38,097 nt of DNA from Candidatus Rokubacteria bacterium RIFCSPLOWO2_02_FULL_72_37 (GTDB lineage Bacteria; Methylomirabilota; Methylomirabilia; Rokubacteriales; CSP1-6): contig MGCE01000040.1 in the NCBI GenBank assembly GCA_001790315.1, positions 1 to 38,097 of the forward strand. Direction: 5' to 3'. The notes under the pieces were generated by a model. It did no database searches. It saw only the letters and a list, made by a program, of their open reading frames with translations, and had not been told where the DNA came from. Position 1 is the stretch's first letter. Each line of letters opens with the position of its first letter. The translations under genes were made by a program, and so were the position numbers. This document shows positions 1-7,524 of the stretch, in pieces.

Positions 1-564
1 ATGCGCATCATCGTTTCGTCGATCGCGCTCGTCGTCCTCGCCGCGGCGGCCCCTGCGGCGCGGGCGCAGGAGGTCCACGAGCTGCTCGGCTCGTGGATCA
101 TCGACGGCTACACGTTCCAGCCGGGCGACCGGAGCCCGCGCGGGACGATCGCGTACGACCCCCAGGCCAACACGTTCAGGGGGACGTACGTCGGCGTGAA
201 GCTCCCGGGCGACCGGCCGGAGCTCCACGCCTGGCTCTATAACACGCAGACCAGGAAGGCGCGCCACATCGGCACGATCGGATACAAGACCGGGACCGTC
301 GGCAAGACCAAGGGCGACTTCGCGCTCGCGCTGCCGGGCGACTTCAAGGGCGGCAGGTTCGCGGGCTGGGAGCTGGTGGCGTTCAGCGCCGAGGCCGCGG
401 GCGCCACGCCCACCGAGCCGAGCGGCAGCAAGATCCAGACGGCGCAGAAGCCGGCGTTCTACCTCTACGCGCCGCTCCCCGGCGCGAGCGTGCCCGGTGT
501 CTATTGCGGGCACGGGCAGGATTTCTCGTTCACGTCGAACCAGGACCACACCTGCTTCGACTGA
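1..564 (+). CDS. Secreted hypothetical protein
   Basis: The ORF is complete and starts with ATG at nt 1. The N-terminus MRIIVSSIALVVLAAAAPAARA/QE looks like a Sec signal peptide with an AxA cleavage site. GC3-rich codons. No family recognised. Confidence 0.6.
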   Translation: MRIIVSSIALVVLAAAAPAARAQEVHELLGSWIIDGYTFQPGDRSPRGTIAYDPQANTFRGTYVGVKLPGDRPELHAWLYNTQTRKARHIGTIGYKTGTVGKTKGDFALALPGDFKGGRFAGWELVAFSAEAAGATPTEPSGSKIQTAQKPAFYLYAPLPGASVPGVYCGHGQDFSFTSNQDHTCFD

Positions 565-642
565 CTCTGCGGTCAGCCGTACCGCGCCTGCATCGCGGCG
601 GGGCGAGCCCAGCACGCGGTGAAGTAGGCGAGGGACGGCGTC

Positions 643-662
643 GGGCCACCGGGTGGTGGCCC
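643..662 (+). terminator. GC-rich hairpin downstream of the first gene (possible intrinsic terminator without a U-tract)
   Basis: gggccacc-gggt-ggtggccc forms a perfect 8 bp stem with a 4 nt loop, about 80 nt after the stop at 562-564. No T-run follows. Confidence 0.25.
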
Positions 663-726
663 ACGACACGTGGCGGGGCGGCCTTCCGCGACCGGACGCG
701 GGGGGCCGCAGCCCGTCCGAACACGG

Positions 727-732
727 TATAAT
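727..732 (+). promoter_or_regulatory. -10-like hexamer TATAAT immediately upstream of glcD (short-leader or leaderless geometry)
   Basis: A perfect TATAAT lies at 727-732 in GC-rich DNA. The glcD ATG at 743 is only 10 nt downstream and has no Shine-Dalgarno sequence. No convincing -35 element. Confidence 0.3.
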
Positions 733-742
733 CCGACCCACC

Positions 743-2218
743 ATGGCCGCCCTCGCGGAGTTCAGGAAGGCGTCCCTCCGCCGGGAGCTCGAAAGCATCG
801 TCGGCGCGAGCGCGGTGCTCACGGATCCCGACGAGCTGCTCGCCTACGAGTCCGACGGACTCACGATGTTGCGCGCGCTCGCCGACTTCGTGGTGTTCCC
901 CACGTCGGCCGAGCACGTGTCCGCCGTGGTCCGCCTCGCGAATCGCGAGGGCGTACCGTTCGTCGCGCGGGGCGCCGGCACGGGGCTCTCGGGTGGATGC
1001 CTGCCCGCGGAAGGGGGCATCGTCGTCTCGCTCATGCGGATGAACCGCGTGCTCGAGGTCGACTACGAGAACCAGATCGCCGTCGTCGAGCCGGGGCTCG
1101 TGAACCTGCACCTCTCGTGGGCGGTGGGCCGGCGCGGCTACTACTACGCGCCGGACCCGTCGAGCCAGCAGGCGTGCACGGTCGGCGGCAACATCGCCAA
1201 CAACTCCGGCGGCCCGCACACCCTCAAGTACGGCGTCACCACGAACCACGTGCTGGGGCTCGAGGTGGTGATGCCGGACGGCGAGATCGTGTGGCTCGGC
1301 GGGCGCACCCGCGCGTCCGCGGGCTACGACCTCGTCGGCGTCTTCGTCGGCTCCGAGGGCACCTTCGGCGTCGCGACGAAGATCGTCGTGCGGATCCTCA
1401 AGAAGCCGCAGGCGGTCAAGACCGTGCTCGCGGTGTTCGACGAGATCGACCAGGCCTCGGCGGCCGTGTCGGCGATCATCGCGCGCGGTCTCGTGCCGGC
1501 CGCCGTCGAGATGATCGACCAGCTCACGATCCAGGCCGTCGAGGACGCCTTCGACTGCGGCTACCCGCGCGACGCGGCGGCCGCGCTGCTCGTCGAGCTC
1601 GACGGCCTCACGGTCGGCATGGAGGCGCAGGCCGAGCGCATCGTCCAGGCGTGCCGCGACTCGGGGGCGCGCGAGGTCCGGACGGCGCGCGACGAGGCCG
1701 AGCGGCAGCTCTTGTGGAAGGGGCGCAAGTCGGCGTTCGGCGCCTACGGGCGCATCTCGCCCGCCTACATGGTCATGGATGGCGTGATCCCGCGCACGAA
1801 GCTCCCGTACGTGCTCCGCCGCGTGAACGACATCGTCGCCGCCCACGGCCTCCGCGTCGGCAATGTCTTCCACGCGGGCGACGGCAACCTCCACCCGAAC
1901 ATCCTGTACGATCCCCGGAGAGCGGGCGAGGAGGCGCGCGTGCTCGCGGCGGGCGCGGCGATCATGCGGCTCTGCGCCGAGGTCGGCGGCTCGATCTCGG
2001 GCGAGCACGGCATCGGCCTCGAGAAGGCGGACTTCATGCCGTTCATCTTCTCCCCGGACGATCTCGCCCTCATGCAGCGCCTCAAGAACGCGTTCAACTC
2101 CAGTGGCCTCTGCAACCCCGGCAAGATCTTCCCGACGAGCAAGTCCTGCGCCGAAGTCGGCCCGGCCGCCTACCGCCCCCACGCGATCGAGGAAAAGGGC
2201 CTCGCCCAGCGCTTCTAG
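743..2218 (+). CDS. glcD: Glycolate oxidase subunit GlcD (FAD-linked oxidase)
   Basis: The FAD-binding PCMH-type region (FVVFPTSAEHVSAVVRLANREGVPFVARGAGTGLSGG) and the C-terminal GEHGIGLEK motif are typical of GlcD/D-lactate dehydrogenase. It is followed by glcE- and glcF-like genes. Start placed at ATG 743 (MAALAEF), inside the longer ORF 653..2218. Confidence 0.85.
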   Translation: MAALAEFRKASLRRELESIVGASAVLTDPDELLAYESDGLTMLRALADFVVFPTSAEHVSAVVRLANREGVPFVARGAGTGLSGGCLPAEGGIVVSLMRMNRVLEVDYENQIAVVEPGLVNLHLSWAVGRRGYYYAPDPSSQQACTVGGNIANNSGGPHTLKYGVTTNHVLGLEVVMPDGEIVWLGGRTRASAGYDLVGVFVGSEGTFGVATKIVVRILKKPQAVKTVLAVFDEIDQASAAVSAIIARGLVPAAVEMIDQLTIQAVEDAFDCGYPRDAAAALLVELDGLTVGMEAQAERIVQACRDSGAREVRTARDEAERQLLWKGRKSAFGAYGRISPAYMVMDGVIPRTKLPYVLRRVNDIVAAHGLRVGNVFHAGDGNLHPNILYDPRRAGEEARVLAAGAAIMRLCAEVGGSISGEHGIGLEKADFMPFIFSPDDLALMQRLKNAFNSSGLCNPGKIFPTSKSCAEVGPAAYRPHAIEEKGLAQRF

Positions 2219-2238
2219 CGCGGGCGGCGGAAGCCTCC

Positions 2239-3561
2239 GTGCCGGACGCGTTGCTCGACGGACTGCGCGGCCTCGTCGGTCCCGCGAACGTGCTCACCGG
2301 CATCGAGCTCGGCCCGTACGTCATCGAGGGGCGGACGCCGGACGCTGCGGTCTTCCCTCGATCCGTGGCGGAGGTGGTCGGGGTCCTCGCGCTCGCCACC
2401 GAGGCCGAGCTCCCGGTCGTTCCCTGGGGCGGCGGCACGGCGGCGGCCGTCGGCCTGCCGGCGGCGCGGGCCGGCATCGTGCTGGGGCTCTCGCGCATGA
2501 CCCGGCTCGTCGAGCACGAGCCCGGTGACCTCACCGCCACGGTCGAGGCCGGCGTCACGGTGGCCGGACTCCAGTCGGCGTTGCGCGCGCGCGGTCAGTG
2601 GCTGTCGCTCGACCCGCCGGACGCCGAGCGGGCGACGGTCGGCGGGGTGGTGGCCGCTGACGCCTCGGGACCGCGTCGCCACCTCTACGGCACGCCGCGC
2701 GACCTGCTCATCGGCGTCACCGTCGTGACCGCCGAGGGCGCCGTCGTGCGCGGCGGCGGCAAGGTGGTGAAGAACGTCGCCGGCTACGACCTGCCGAAGC
2801 TCTTCATCGGCTCCTACGGGACGCTCGGTGTCGTCGTCGAGGCGACCGTGAAGCTGCGGCCGCTGCCCGATGCCGAGCGCCTCGTCTGCGCGAGCTTCGA
2901 CCGCTTGAAGGACGCCGGCGACGCCGTGCGGGCGCTGATGAGCTCCGACCTGGTCCCGAACGCGGTGGAGCTGCTGGACGGCGCCGCCGCCGCGGCGCTC
3001 GGCGCCGGCGCCGGGCTGGGCGCCGCGCTGGTCGTCGGATTCGACGGTCTGGACGAGCAGGTCGTCTGGCAGTGCGACGAGCTGGCGCGCCTGGTGACGT
3101 CGCTCGGCGGTCGCGACCCGCGCGCGCTGCCGCCCGAGGCCTGGGCCCGGCTCGCACCGGCCGCGCGCGCGGCGGTCGGCCAGCCGGTGGCGGTGATGTC
3201 GTTCGCGCTCCTGCCGACGCAGGTCACCGAGACGATGGAGCAGGGCGCGAACGCCGCACGCGCCCGCGGCTTCCACACGGCGTGGGCCGCGCACGCCAGC
3301 GTGGGCGTCGTGAGCGCGGCGATCGCCCCCGAGCCGGCCCGGCCCGAGCCGGCGCCGCTCGCCGCGGTGCTCGCCGAGTGGCGTGAAATGGCGCACGCGG
3401 GCGGAGGGCGGGCGACGCTGGAGTGGGCGCCGCTCGCGGTGAAGGCCCAGGTGCCCGTGTGGGACGATCCCGGGGCGGCAGGCCGCATCATGCAGCGGAT
3501 CAAGCGCGAGTTCGATCCGCGGAACGTCCTGAACCCCGGCCGCTTCGTCGCCGGGATCTGA
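2239..3561 (+). CDS. glcE: Glycolate oxidase FAD-binding subunit GlcE
   Basis: This is the 3' part of track ORF 670..3561. It has a FAD-binding fold (AVFPRSVAEVVGVLALATEAELPVVPWGGGT, KNVAGYDLPKLFIGSYGTLGV) and ends with a DPxNVLNPG-type tail. The start is tentatively GTG 2239, just after the glcD stop, and is uncertain. Confidence 0.75.
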   Translation: MPDALLDGLRGLVGPANVLTGIELGPYVIEGRTPDAAVFPRSVAEVVGVLALATEAELPVVPWGGGTAAAVGLPAARAGIVLGLSRMTRLVEHEPGDLTATVEAGVTVAGLQSALRARGQWLSLDPPDAERATVGGVVAADASGPRRHLYGTPRDLLIGVTVVTAEGAVVRGGGKVVKNVAGYDLPKLFIGSYGTLGVVVEATVKLRPLPDAERLVCASFDRLKDAGDAVRALMSSDLVPNAVELLDGAAAAALGAGAGLGAALVVGFDGLDEQVVWQCDELARLVTSLGGRDPRALPPEAWARLAPAARAAVGQPVAVMSFALLPTQVTETMEQGANAARARGFHTAWAAHASVGVVSAAIAPEPARPEPAPLAAVLAEWREMAHAGGGRATLEWAPLAVKAQVPVWDDPGAAGRIMQRIKREFDPRNVLNPGRFVAGI

Positions 3562-3572
3562 CGGGCGCGACG

Positions 3573-4970
3573 ATGGCCCACACCGTTCAGGCGCAGCCGC
3601 CGGTCGCGGCCGGACGGCTCGCCCTCCACGGGCTGTCCGTCGAAGGGGTGAACCAGTGCGTCCACTGCGGTCTCTGTCTCGCCTCCTGCCCGACGTTCGC
3701 CGAGCTCGGCACCGAGATGGACTCGCCGCGCGGGCGGATCTTCCTGATCAAGGCGCTCGCGGAGGGCCGGATCGCACTCGGCGCCTCGACCGCGGGCCAC
3801 CTCGAGCTGTGCCTCGACTGCCGCGCCTGCGAGACCGTCTGCCCGGCCGGTGTGCCCTACGGGCGGCTGATCGAGGCGGCGAAGGCCGAGATCGAGCGAC
3901 AGCGCCCCGGCGGCGTCCTTCGGCGGGCCTTCCGGTGGCTCAACTTCGGCCTGCTCCTCACGAGCCCCTGGCGGCTCCGGCTCGCCGCCACGGTGCTGCG
4001 CGCCTATCAGACGAGCGGCCTCGGGTGGCTCGTCCGGCGCGGCGGCCTCGCGCGGCTCTTGCCGGGGACGCTCGCCGCCGGGGAGGCGTTGCTGCCGCCG
4101 CTGCCCCCCGCGCGGGAGCGCGCGGCACTGCCGCCCCGAATCCCGGCCGAGGGCGCCCGACGCGCGCGCGTCGCGATGCTCACGGGCTGCATCCAGTCGG
4201 TCGTGTTCGGCGCACACAACCGCGCGACGGCGCGGGTGCTCGCGCGCAACGGCTGCGACGTCGTCGTCCCCGAGGCGCAGGGCTGCTGCGGCGCGCTCAA
4301 CGCGCACGGTGGCGATCACGCGCGGGCCCTCGCGCTCGCACGCCACACGATCGAGGTGTTCGAGGCCGCGGCCGCCGACGCCGTGGTCGTGAACACCTCC
4401 GGCTGCGGCGCGCACATGAAGGGGTACGGGCACCTGCTCGCGGACGACCCCGCCTGGGCCGAGCGTGCGCGCCGCTTCGCGGCGTCGGTCGTCGACGTGG
4501 CCGAGTTCCTCGCGCAAGAGCCGCTCCGCGGGCCACTCGGTCCGGTGCCGATGACGGTCACGTACCACGATCCGTGCCACGTCGTGCACGGTCAGAAGAT
4601 CCGGAGCGAGCCCCGGCGGCTGCTCGCCCAGATCCCCGGGCTCAGCGTGGTCGAGCTGGTCGAGTCCGACTGGTGCTGCGGCTCGGCGGGAATCTACAAC
4701 CTCACCCAGCCCGCGATGGCGACCCGCTTGCTGCGCCGCAAGATCGGCCACGTCGTCGCGACCGGCGCCGAGGCGGTGGTCACCGCCAACCCCGGCTGCA
4801 TCCTGCAGATCAGGGCCGGCCTCGCCGCCCACGGCGCCACCACACGCGTGCTCCACATCGTCGAGCTCCTCGACCAGGCGTATGGCAGTGCGAGCCGAGG
4901 CGGTGCCTCCGGCGAGGCGAGCGGTGAGATGGGGCGGGGCAGTGCGAGCCGAGGCGGTGCCTCGACGTGA
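3573..4970 (+). CDS. glcF: Glycolate oxidase iron-sulfur subunit GlcF
   Basis: Two ferredoxin-type cluster motifs (CVHCGLCLASCP and CLDCRACETVCP) are followed by cysteine-rich CCG-type repeats (CCGA, WCCGSAG). Start ATG 3573 (MAHTV). The C-terminus carries an unusual Gly/Ser/Ala tail encoded by a direct repeat. Confidence 0.85.
   Translation: MAHTVQAQPPVAAGRLALHGLSVEGVNQCVHCGLCLASCPTFAELGTEMDSPRGRIFLIKALAEGRIALGASTAGHLELCLDCRACETVCPAGVPYGRLIEAAKAEIERQRPGGVLRRAFRWLNFGLLLTSPWRLRLAATVLRAYQTSGLGWLVRRGGLARLLPGTLAAGEALLPPLPPARERAALPPRIPAEGARRARVAMLTGCIQSVVFGAHNRATARVLARNGCDVVVPEAQGCCGALNAHGGDHARALALARHTIEVFEAAAADAVVVNTSGCGAHMKGYGHLLADDPAWAERARRFAASVVDVAEFLAQEPLRGPLGPVPMTVTYHDPCHVVHGQKIRSEPRRLLAQIPGLSVVELVESDWCCGSAGIYNLTQPAMATRLLRRKIGHVVATGAEAVVTANPGCILQIRAGLAAHGATTRVLHIVELLDQAYGSASRGGASGEASGEMGRGSASRGGAST
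4884..4963 (+). repeat. Perfect 26 bp direct repeat (two copies, 54 bp period) within the 3' end of glcF
   Basis: ggcagtgcgagccgaggcggtgcctc occurs at 4884-4909 and again at 4938-4963. The period is in frame and both copies encode GSASRGGAS. Each copy contains a small gaggc-ggt-gcctc inverted repeat. Confidence 0.9.
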
Positions 4971-5485
4971 CCACGCCCGACAGCACGCCCCGGGAGCACA
5001 AGGCACACGCGCCGCGCTCGATCGGGTGTTTCGTGCTCACGATCTCCGACACGAAGACCCCCGAGACCGACTCGAGCGGCGGCCTGATCAAGAAGCTCCT
5101 GCTCACGGGCGGCCACCAGGTCATCGCCACGGCGATCGTCCGCGACGAGCCGGCCGACGTGGCCCGTGCCATCCGCGCGGCGTGCGCGGACGCCGCGGTG
5201 CAGGCGGTGATCGCGACGGGCGGCACCGGCATCACGTCCCGTGATTCCACGTTCGAGGCGATCGACGGCCTGCTCGACAAGCGCCTGCCCGGGTTCGGCG
5301 AGCTGTTCCGCATGCTCTCCTTCCAGGAAGTCGGGGCCGCGGCGATGCTCTCGCGGGCGCAGATGGGGATCCACGCAGGACGGATCATCGTTTCCCTGCC
5401 GGGCTCCCCGAACGCCTGCCGCCTGGCCCTCGAAAAGCTTCTGCTTCCGGAACTGCCACATCTCGTGCGCGAGGCCCGGCGCTAG
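4967..5485 (+). CDS. moaB: Molybdenum cofactor biosynthesis protein B (MoaB/MogA family)
   Basis: The motifs VIATGGTGITSRDST and LPGSP are typical of MoaB/MogA. The GTG start overlaps the glcF stop (GTGA). Confidence 0.8.
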   Translation: MTTPDSTPREHKAHAPRSIGCFVLTISDTKTPETDSSGGLIKKLLLTGGHQVIATAIVRDEPADVARAIRAACADAAVQAVIATGGTGITSRDSTFEAIDGLLDKRLPGFGELFRMLSFQEVGAAAMLSRAQMGIHAGRIIVSLPGSPNACRLALEKLLLPELPHLVREARR

Positions 5486-5514
5486 GTAGAATGGGAGTCC
5501 CAGGGAGGGTGCTC

Positions 5515-6648
5515 ATGCCGACATCCCGTAACCGCGTCCCAGCCGTCCTGTTCCTCGCCTGTGCGCTGCTGCTCGGCTGTGCCGGGCCGGCGCGCGCGGA
5601 GAGCCCGCGGGCCATCTGGCGGGAGAGCCCGGACGCGAGCCCGGCGCCCGAGCTCCAGCGCTTCAACAACCTGCTCGCGGACCTCGCCGAGCGGCTCAAG
5701 CCCGGGCTCGTTCACGTGCGGGTCCGCCGGGCGACCGCGTCGCAGAGCGACGCCGACGGCGAGGGGCCCGCGACGCCGCGCCGGAGCACGGGCTCGGGCT
5801 TCATCGTGGACGCCAGCGGGCTCGTCGTCACCAATGCCCATGTCGTCGAGGGCGCCGATTCGATCCAGGTGAAGCTCGCCGACGGGCGGCGCTTCGCGGG
5901 TCGCGTCGTCGGGAGCGACGAGCGCGTGGATCTCGCCCTCGTCCGGATCGACGGCGCCCAGGACCTCAGCGTCCTGCCGTTGGGCGACTCGAACAGGCTC
6001 CGGGTGGGCGAGTTCGTGCTGGCGCTCGGCCACCCCTTCGGCCTCGAGCAGACCGTCTCCTTCGGCATCGTCAGCCGCAAGGGCGCTCCGCTCTCGGTGG
6101 CGGCGCCCGGGTTCGATTTCATCCAGACCGACGCGGCGGTGAATCCCGGGAACTCGGGCGGCCCGCTCGTGAACATGGCGGGGCAGGTGGTCGGCGTCAA
6201 CAGCATGGCGGCGCGGAACGGATCGATCGGGTTCGCGATCCCGTCGAATCTGGTGAAGTTCCTGCTCCCGCAGCTCGCGACCAAGGGCAAGGTCGAGTGG
6301 GGCTGGCTCGGCGTGTCGATCGCGGAGGTGACCGACGAGGACGCCGCCCGGCTCAAGCTGCCCGAGGCGCGCGGTGTCCTCGTGCGCGGGGTGATGTCCG
6401 GGGAGCCGGCCGAGCAGGGCGGGGTGCGCCCGGACGACGTGATCATCGCGATCGACGGCACGTCGCTCCAGACACCGCGGGACCTGCAGCGGCTCGTGTC
6501 GAGCACACCCGTCGGCAGGCGCGTGCGCGTGTCGCTCGTGCGCGATGGACAGCCGGCCGAAGTCGAGGTCACGATCGGGCCCTACAAGGGGAGTGGCCGC
6601 CGGACCGCGCCGCACCCCGTGCCGAGCCGGCCCGACGCGCCGAAGTAG
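5515..6648 (+). CDS. HtrA/DegP-family serine protease with PDZ domain, probable lipoprotein
   Basis: All three catalytic motifs are intact: TNAHVV (His), DLALVRI (Asp), GNSGGPLVN (Ser). A C-terminal PDZ domain is present. ATG 5515 follows a GGAGGG SD. The N-terminus VLFLACALLLGC has a lipobox-like LLGC. Confidence 0.85.
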   Translation: MPTSRNRVPAVLFLACALLLGCAGPARAESPRAIWRESPDASPAPELQRFNNLLADLAERLKPGLVHVRVRRATASQSDADGEGPATPRRSTGSGFIVDASGLVVTNAHVVEGADSIQVKLADGRRFAGRVVGSDERVDLALVRIDGAQDLSVLPLGDSNRLRVGEFVLALGHPFGLEQTVSFGIVSRKGAPLSVAAPGFDFIQTDAAVNPGNSGGPLVNMAGQVVGVNSMAARNGSIGFAIPSNLVKFLLPQLATKGKVEWGWLGVSIAEVTDEDAARLKLPEARGVLVRGVMSGEPAEQGGVRPDDVIIAIDGTSLQTPRDLQRLVSSTPVGRRVRVSLVRDGQPAEVEVTIGPYKGSGRRTAPHPVPSRPDAPK

Positions 6649-6660
6649 CCGCTCGCGCCT

Positions 6661-6688
6661 CGGGGGGCGTGAAACATCGCTCCCCCCG
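6661..6688. terminator. Hairpin between convergent genes (candidate bidirectional terminator)
   Basis: cgggggg...ccccccg forms a 7 bp G/C stem, plus 2 further bp across a 2 nt bulge, with loop tgaaacat. It lies between the htrA-like stop (6648) and the PPOX-like stop (6697). Confidence 0.4.
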
Positions 6689-6696
6689 GAGTCTAT

Positions 6697-7197
6697 TCAG
6701 GCGCGCGCGCGGGGCTCGGCGAGCGCCGCCAGCGTCGCGCGCGCCCAGGGCTCCTCGAGCGTCGGCGCCGGCTCGTAGCGGAGCGCGCCCGTCATCCGCA
6801 TGCCGCCCTCCCACTCCGCCGTCGCGTCCTCGAGGACGTCCTCCACGGCGAGCAGGAAGTAGCCGAGCCCGAGCTCCCCCGCGCCCGCGACGGGCAGCGG
6901 CCCATCCACCGCGCGCGTCTTCACGTACACGGTGAGATCGGGTTCGACGATCAGCAGTGTGCCGGTGCCCCGCTCGACGAGGTTCCGCGCGCTCCGGCTG
7001 CGCGCGACGATCACGAGCCCGAGCGTGCCGGCGTCGTACGCCCGCACTTCCACGTAGGAGACCAGCATCGGGTGCGGCCGACCGTCGGCGTCCACCGTCA
7101 CGAACGGCAGCGCGAGCCCGAGGCGCCGGCGGAGGTCGCGCTGCGAGAGACGCTCGACGAGCGTGGGCGGCAGCGCGTTGCCGAGGCTCTGCGTCAC
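6697..7197 (-). CDS. Pyridoxamine 5'-phosphate oxidase-like (FMN-binding split-barrel) family protein, tentative
   Basis: GTG at 7197 is preceded by GAGGA at 7 nt. The 5' extension to 7407 in the track has clearly lower GC3 (about 67% by my count) and is probably not coding. The family call rests on general pattern only (VTVDADGRPHP..., ARNL..., LLIV). Confidence 0.45.
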   Translation of the reverse strand: MTQSLGNALPPTLVERLSQRDLRRRLGLALPFVTVDADGRPHPMLVSYVEVRAYDAGTLGLVIVARSRSARNLVERGTGTLLIVEPDLTVYVKTRAVDGPLPVAGAGELGLGYFLLAVEDVLEDATAEWEGGMRMTGALRYEPAPTLEEPWARATLAALAEPRARA

Positions 7198-7241
7198 GGG
7201 TCGATCCTCATGACGCCCGTTGTGGAGGACAGGCCCGAGTC

Positions 7242-7247
7242 TGTCAA
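7242..7247 (-). promoter_or_regulatory. TTGACA -35-like hexamer upstream of the PPOX-like gene
   Basis: The minus-strand sequence reads ccccTTGACAgactcgggcctgtcctccacaacgggcgtcatGAGGAtcgacccGTG. The -10 candidate (cacaac/acaacg) is poor. Confidence 0.2.
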
Positions 7248-7524
7248 GGGGGTGACGACCCGCTGCCAGACTGCGCCGTCCGCGCCCTCCGCAACCGTGG
7301 GATTCTGCGCGCTTCTCAGGGTGGTACGCGACTTGCGGCAGCGACTGCCGGGTGAGGAGGGCGCGCACATGCACCGCACGAGGCAGAGGACCGACGACCC
7401 AGCGCACTTCGCCTCGGGGCGCCTCGTGCTGACGCGGGCGCGGTGACGCCGTGGGCCGCGGCCGGATGCGTCTTCGGCTCGTCGCCTCACGCGCGGTCGA
7501 GCCGACCGAGGCCGGGCGACGGGA

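Noticed and set aside
530-2182. 550 aa minus-strand ORF antisense to glcD
   Set aside because: The product is rich in Arg, Asp, His and Gly and has no recognisable motifs. It exactly shadows a well-supported FAD-oxidase gene. This is a typical high-GC antisense ORF.
670-2238. 5' two-thirds of the 963 aa plus-strand ORF 670..3561
   Set aside because: It is out of frame with glcD and gives an Arg/Pro/Gly-rich translation. Only the part after the glcD stop (from about 2239) has GlcE-like sequence.
2814-5006. 730 aa minus-strand ORF across glcE and glcF
   Set aside because: Low-complexity Ala/Arg/Gly translation opposite two genes that have clear Fe-S and FAD motifs. It is a shadow ORF.
7260-7340. 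tRNA-Sec (selC)-like sequence near the UGA-containing gene, prompted by a TCA triplet in gcgcttctcagggtgg
   Set aside because: There is no U at the position preceding the putative anticodon, no T-loop GTTCRA motif and no acceptor-stem pairing. It is not a tRNA.
7198-7407. N-terminal extension of the PPOX-like ORF (track ORF 6697..7407)
   Set aside because: GC3 drops to roughly two-thirds. An SD-preceded GTG at 7197 gives a sensible 166 aa protein, so the extension is probably untranslated leader.
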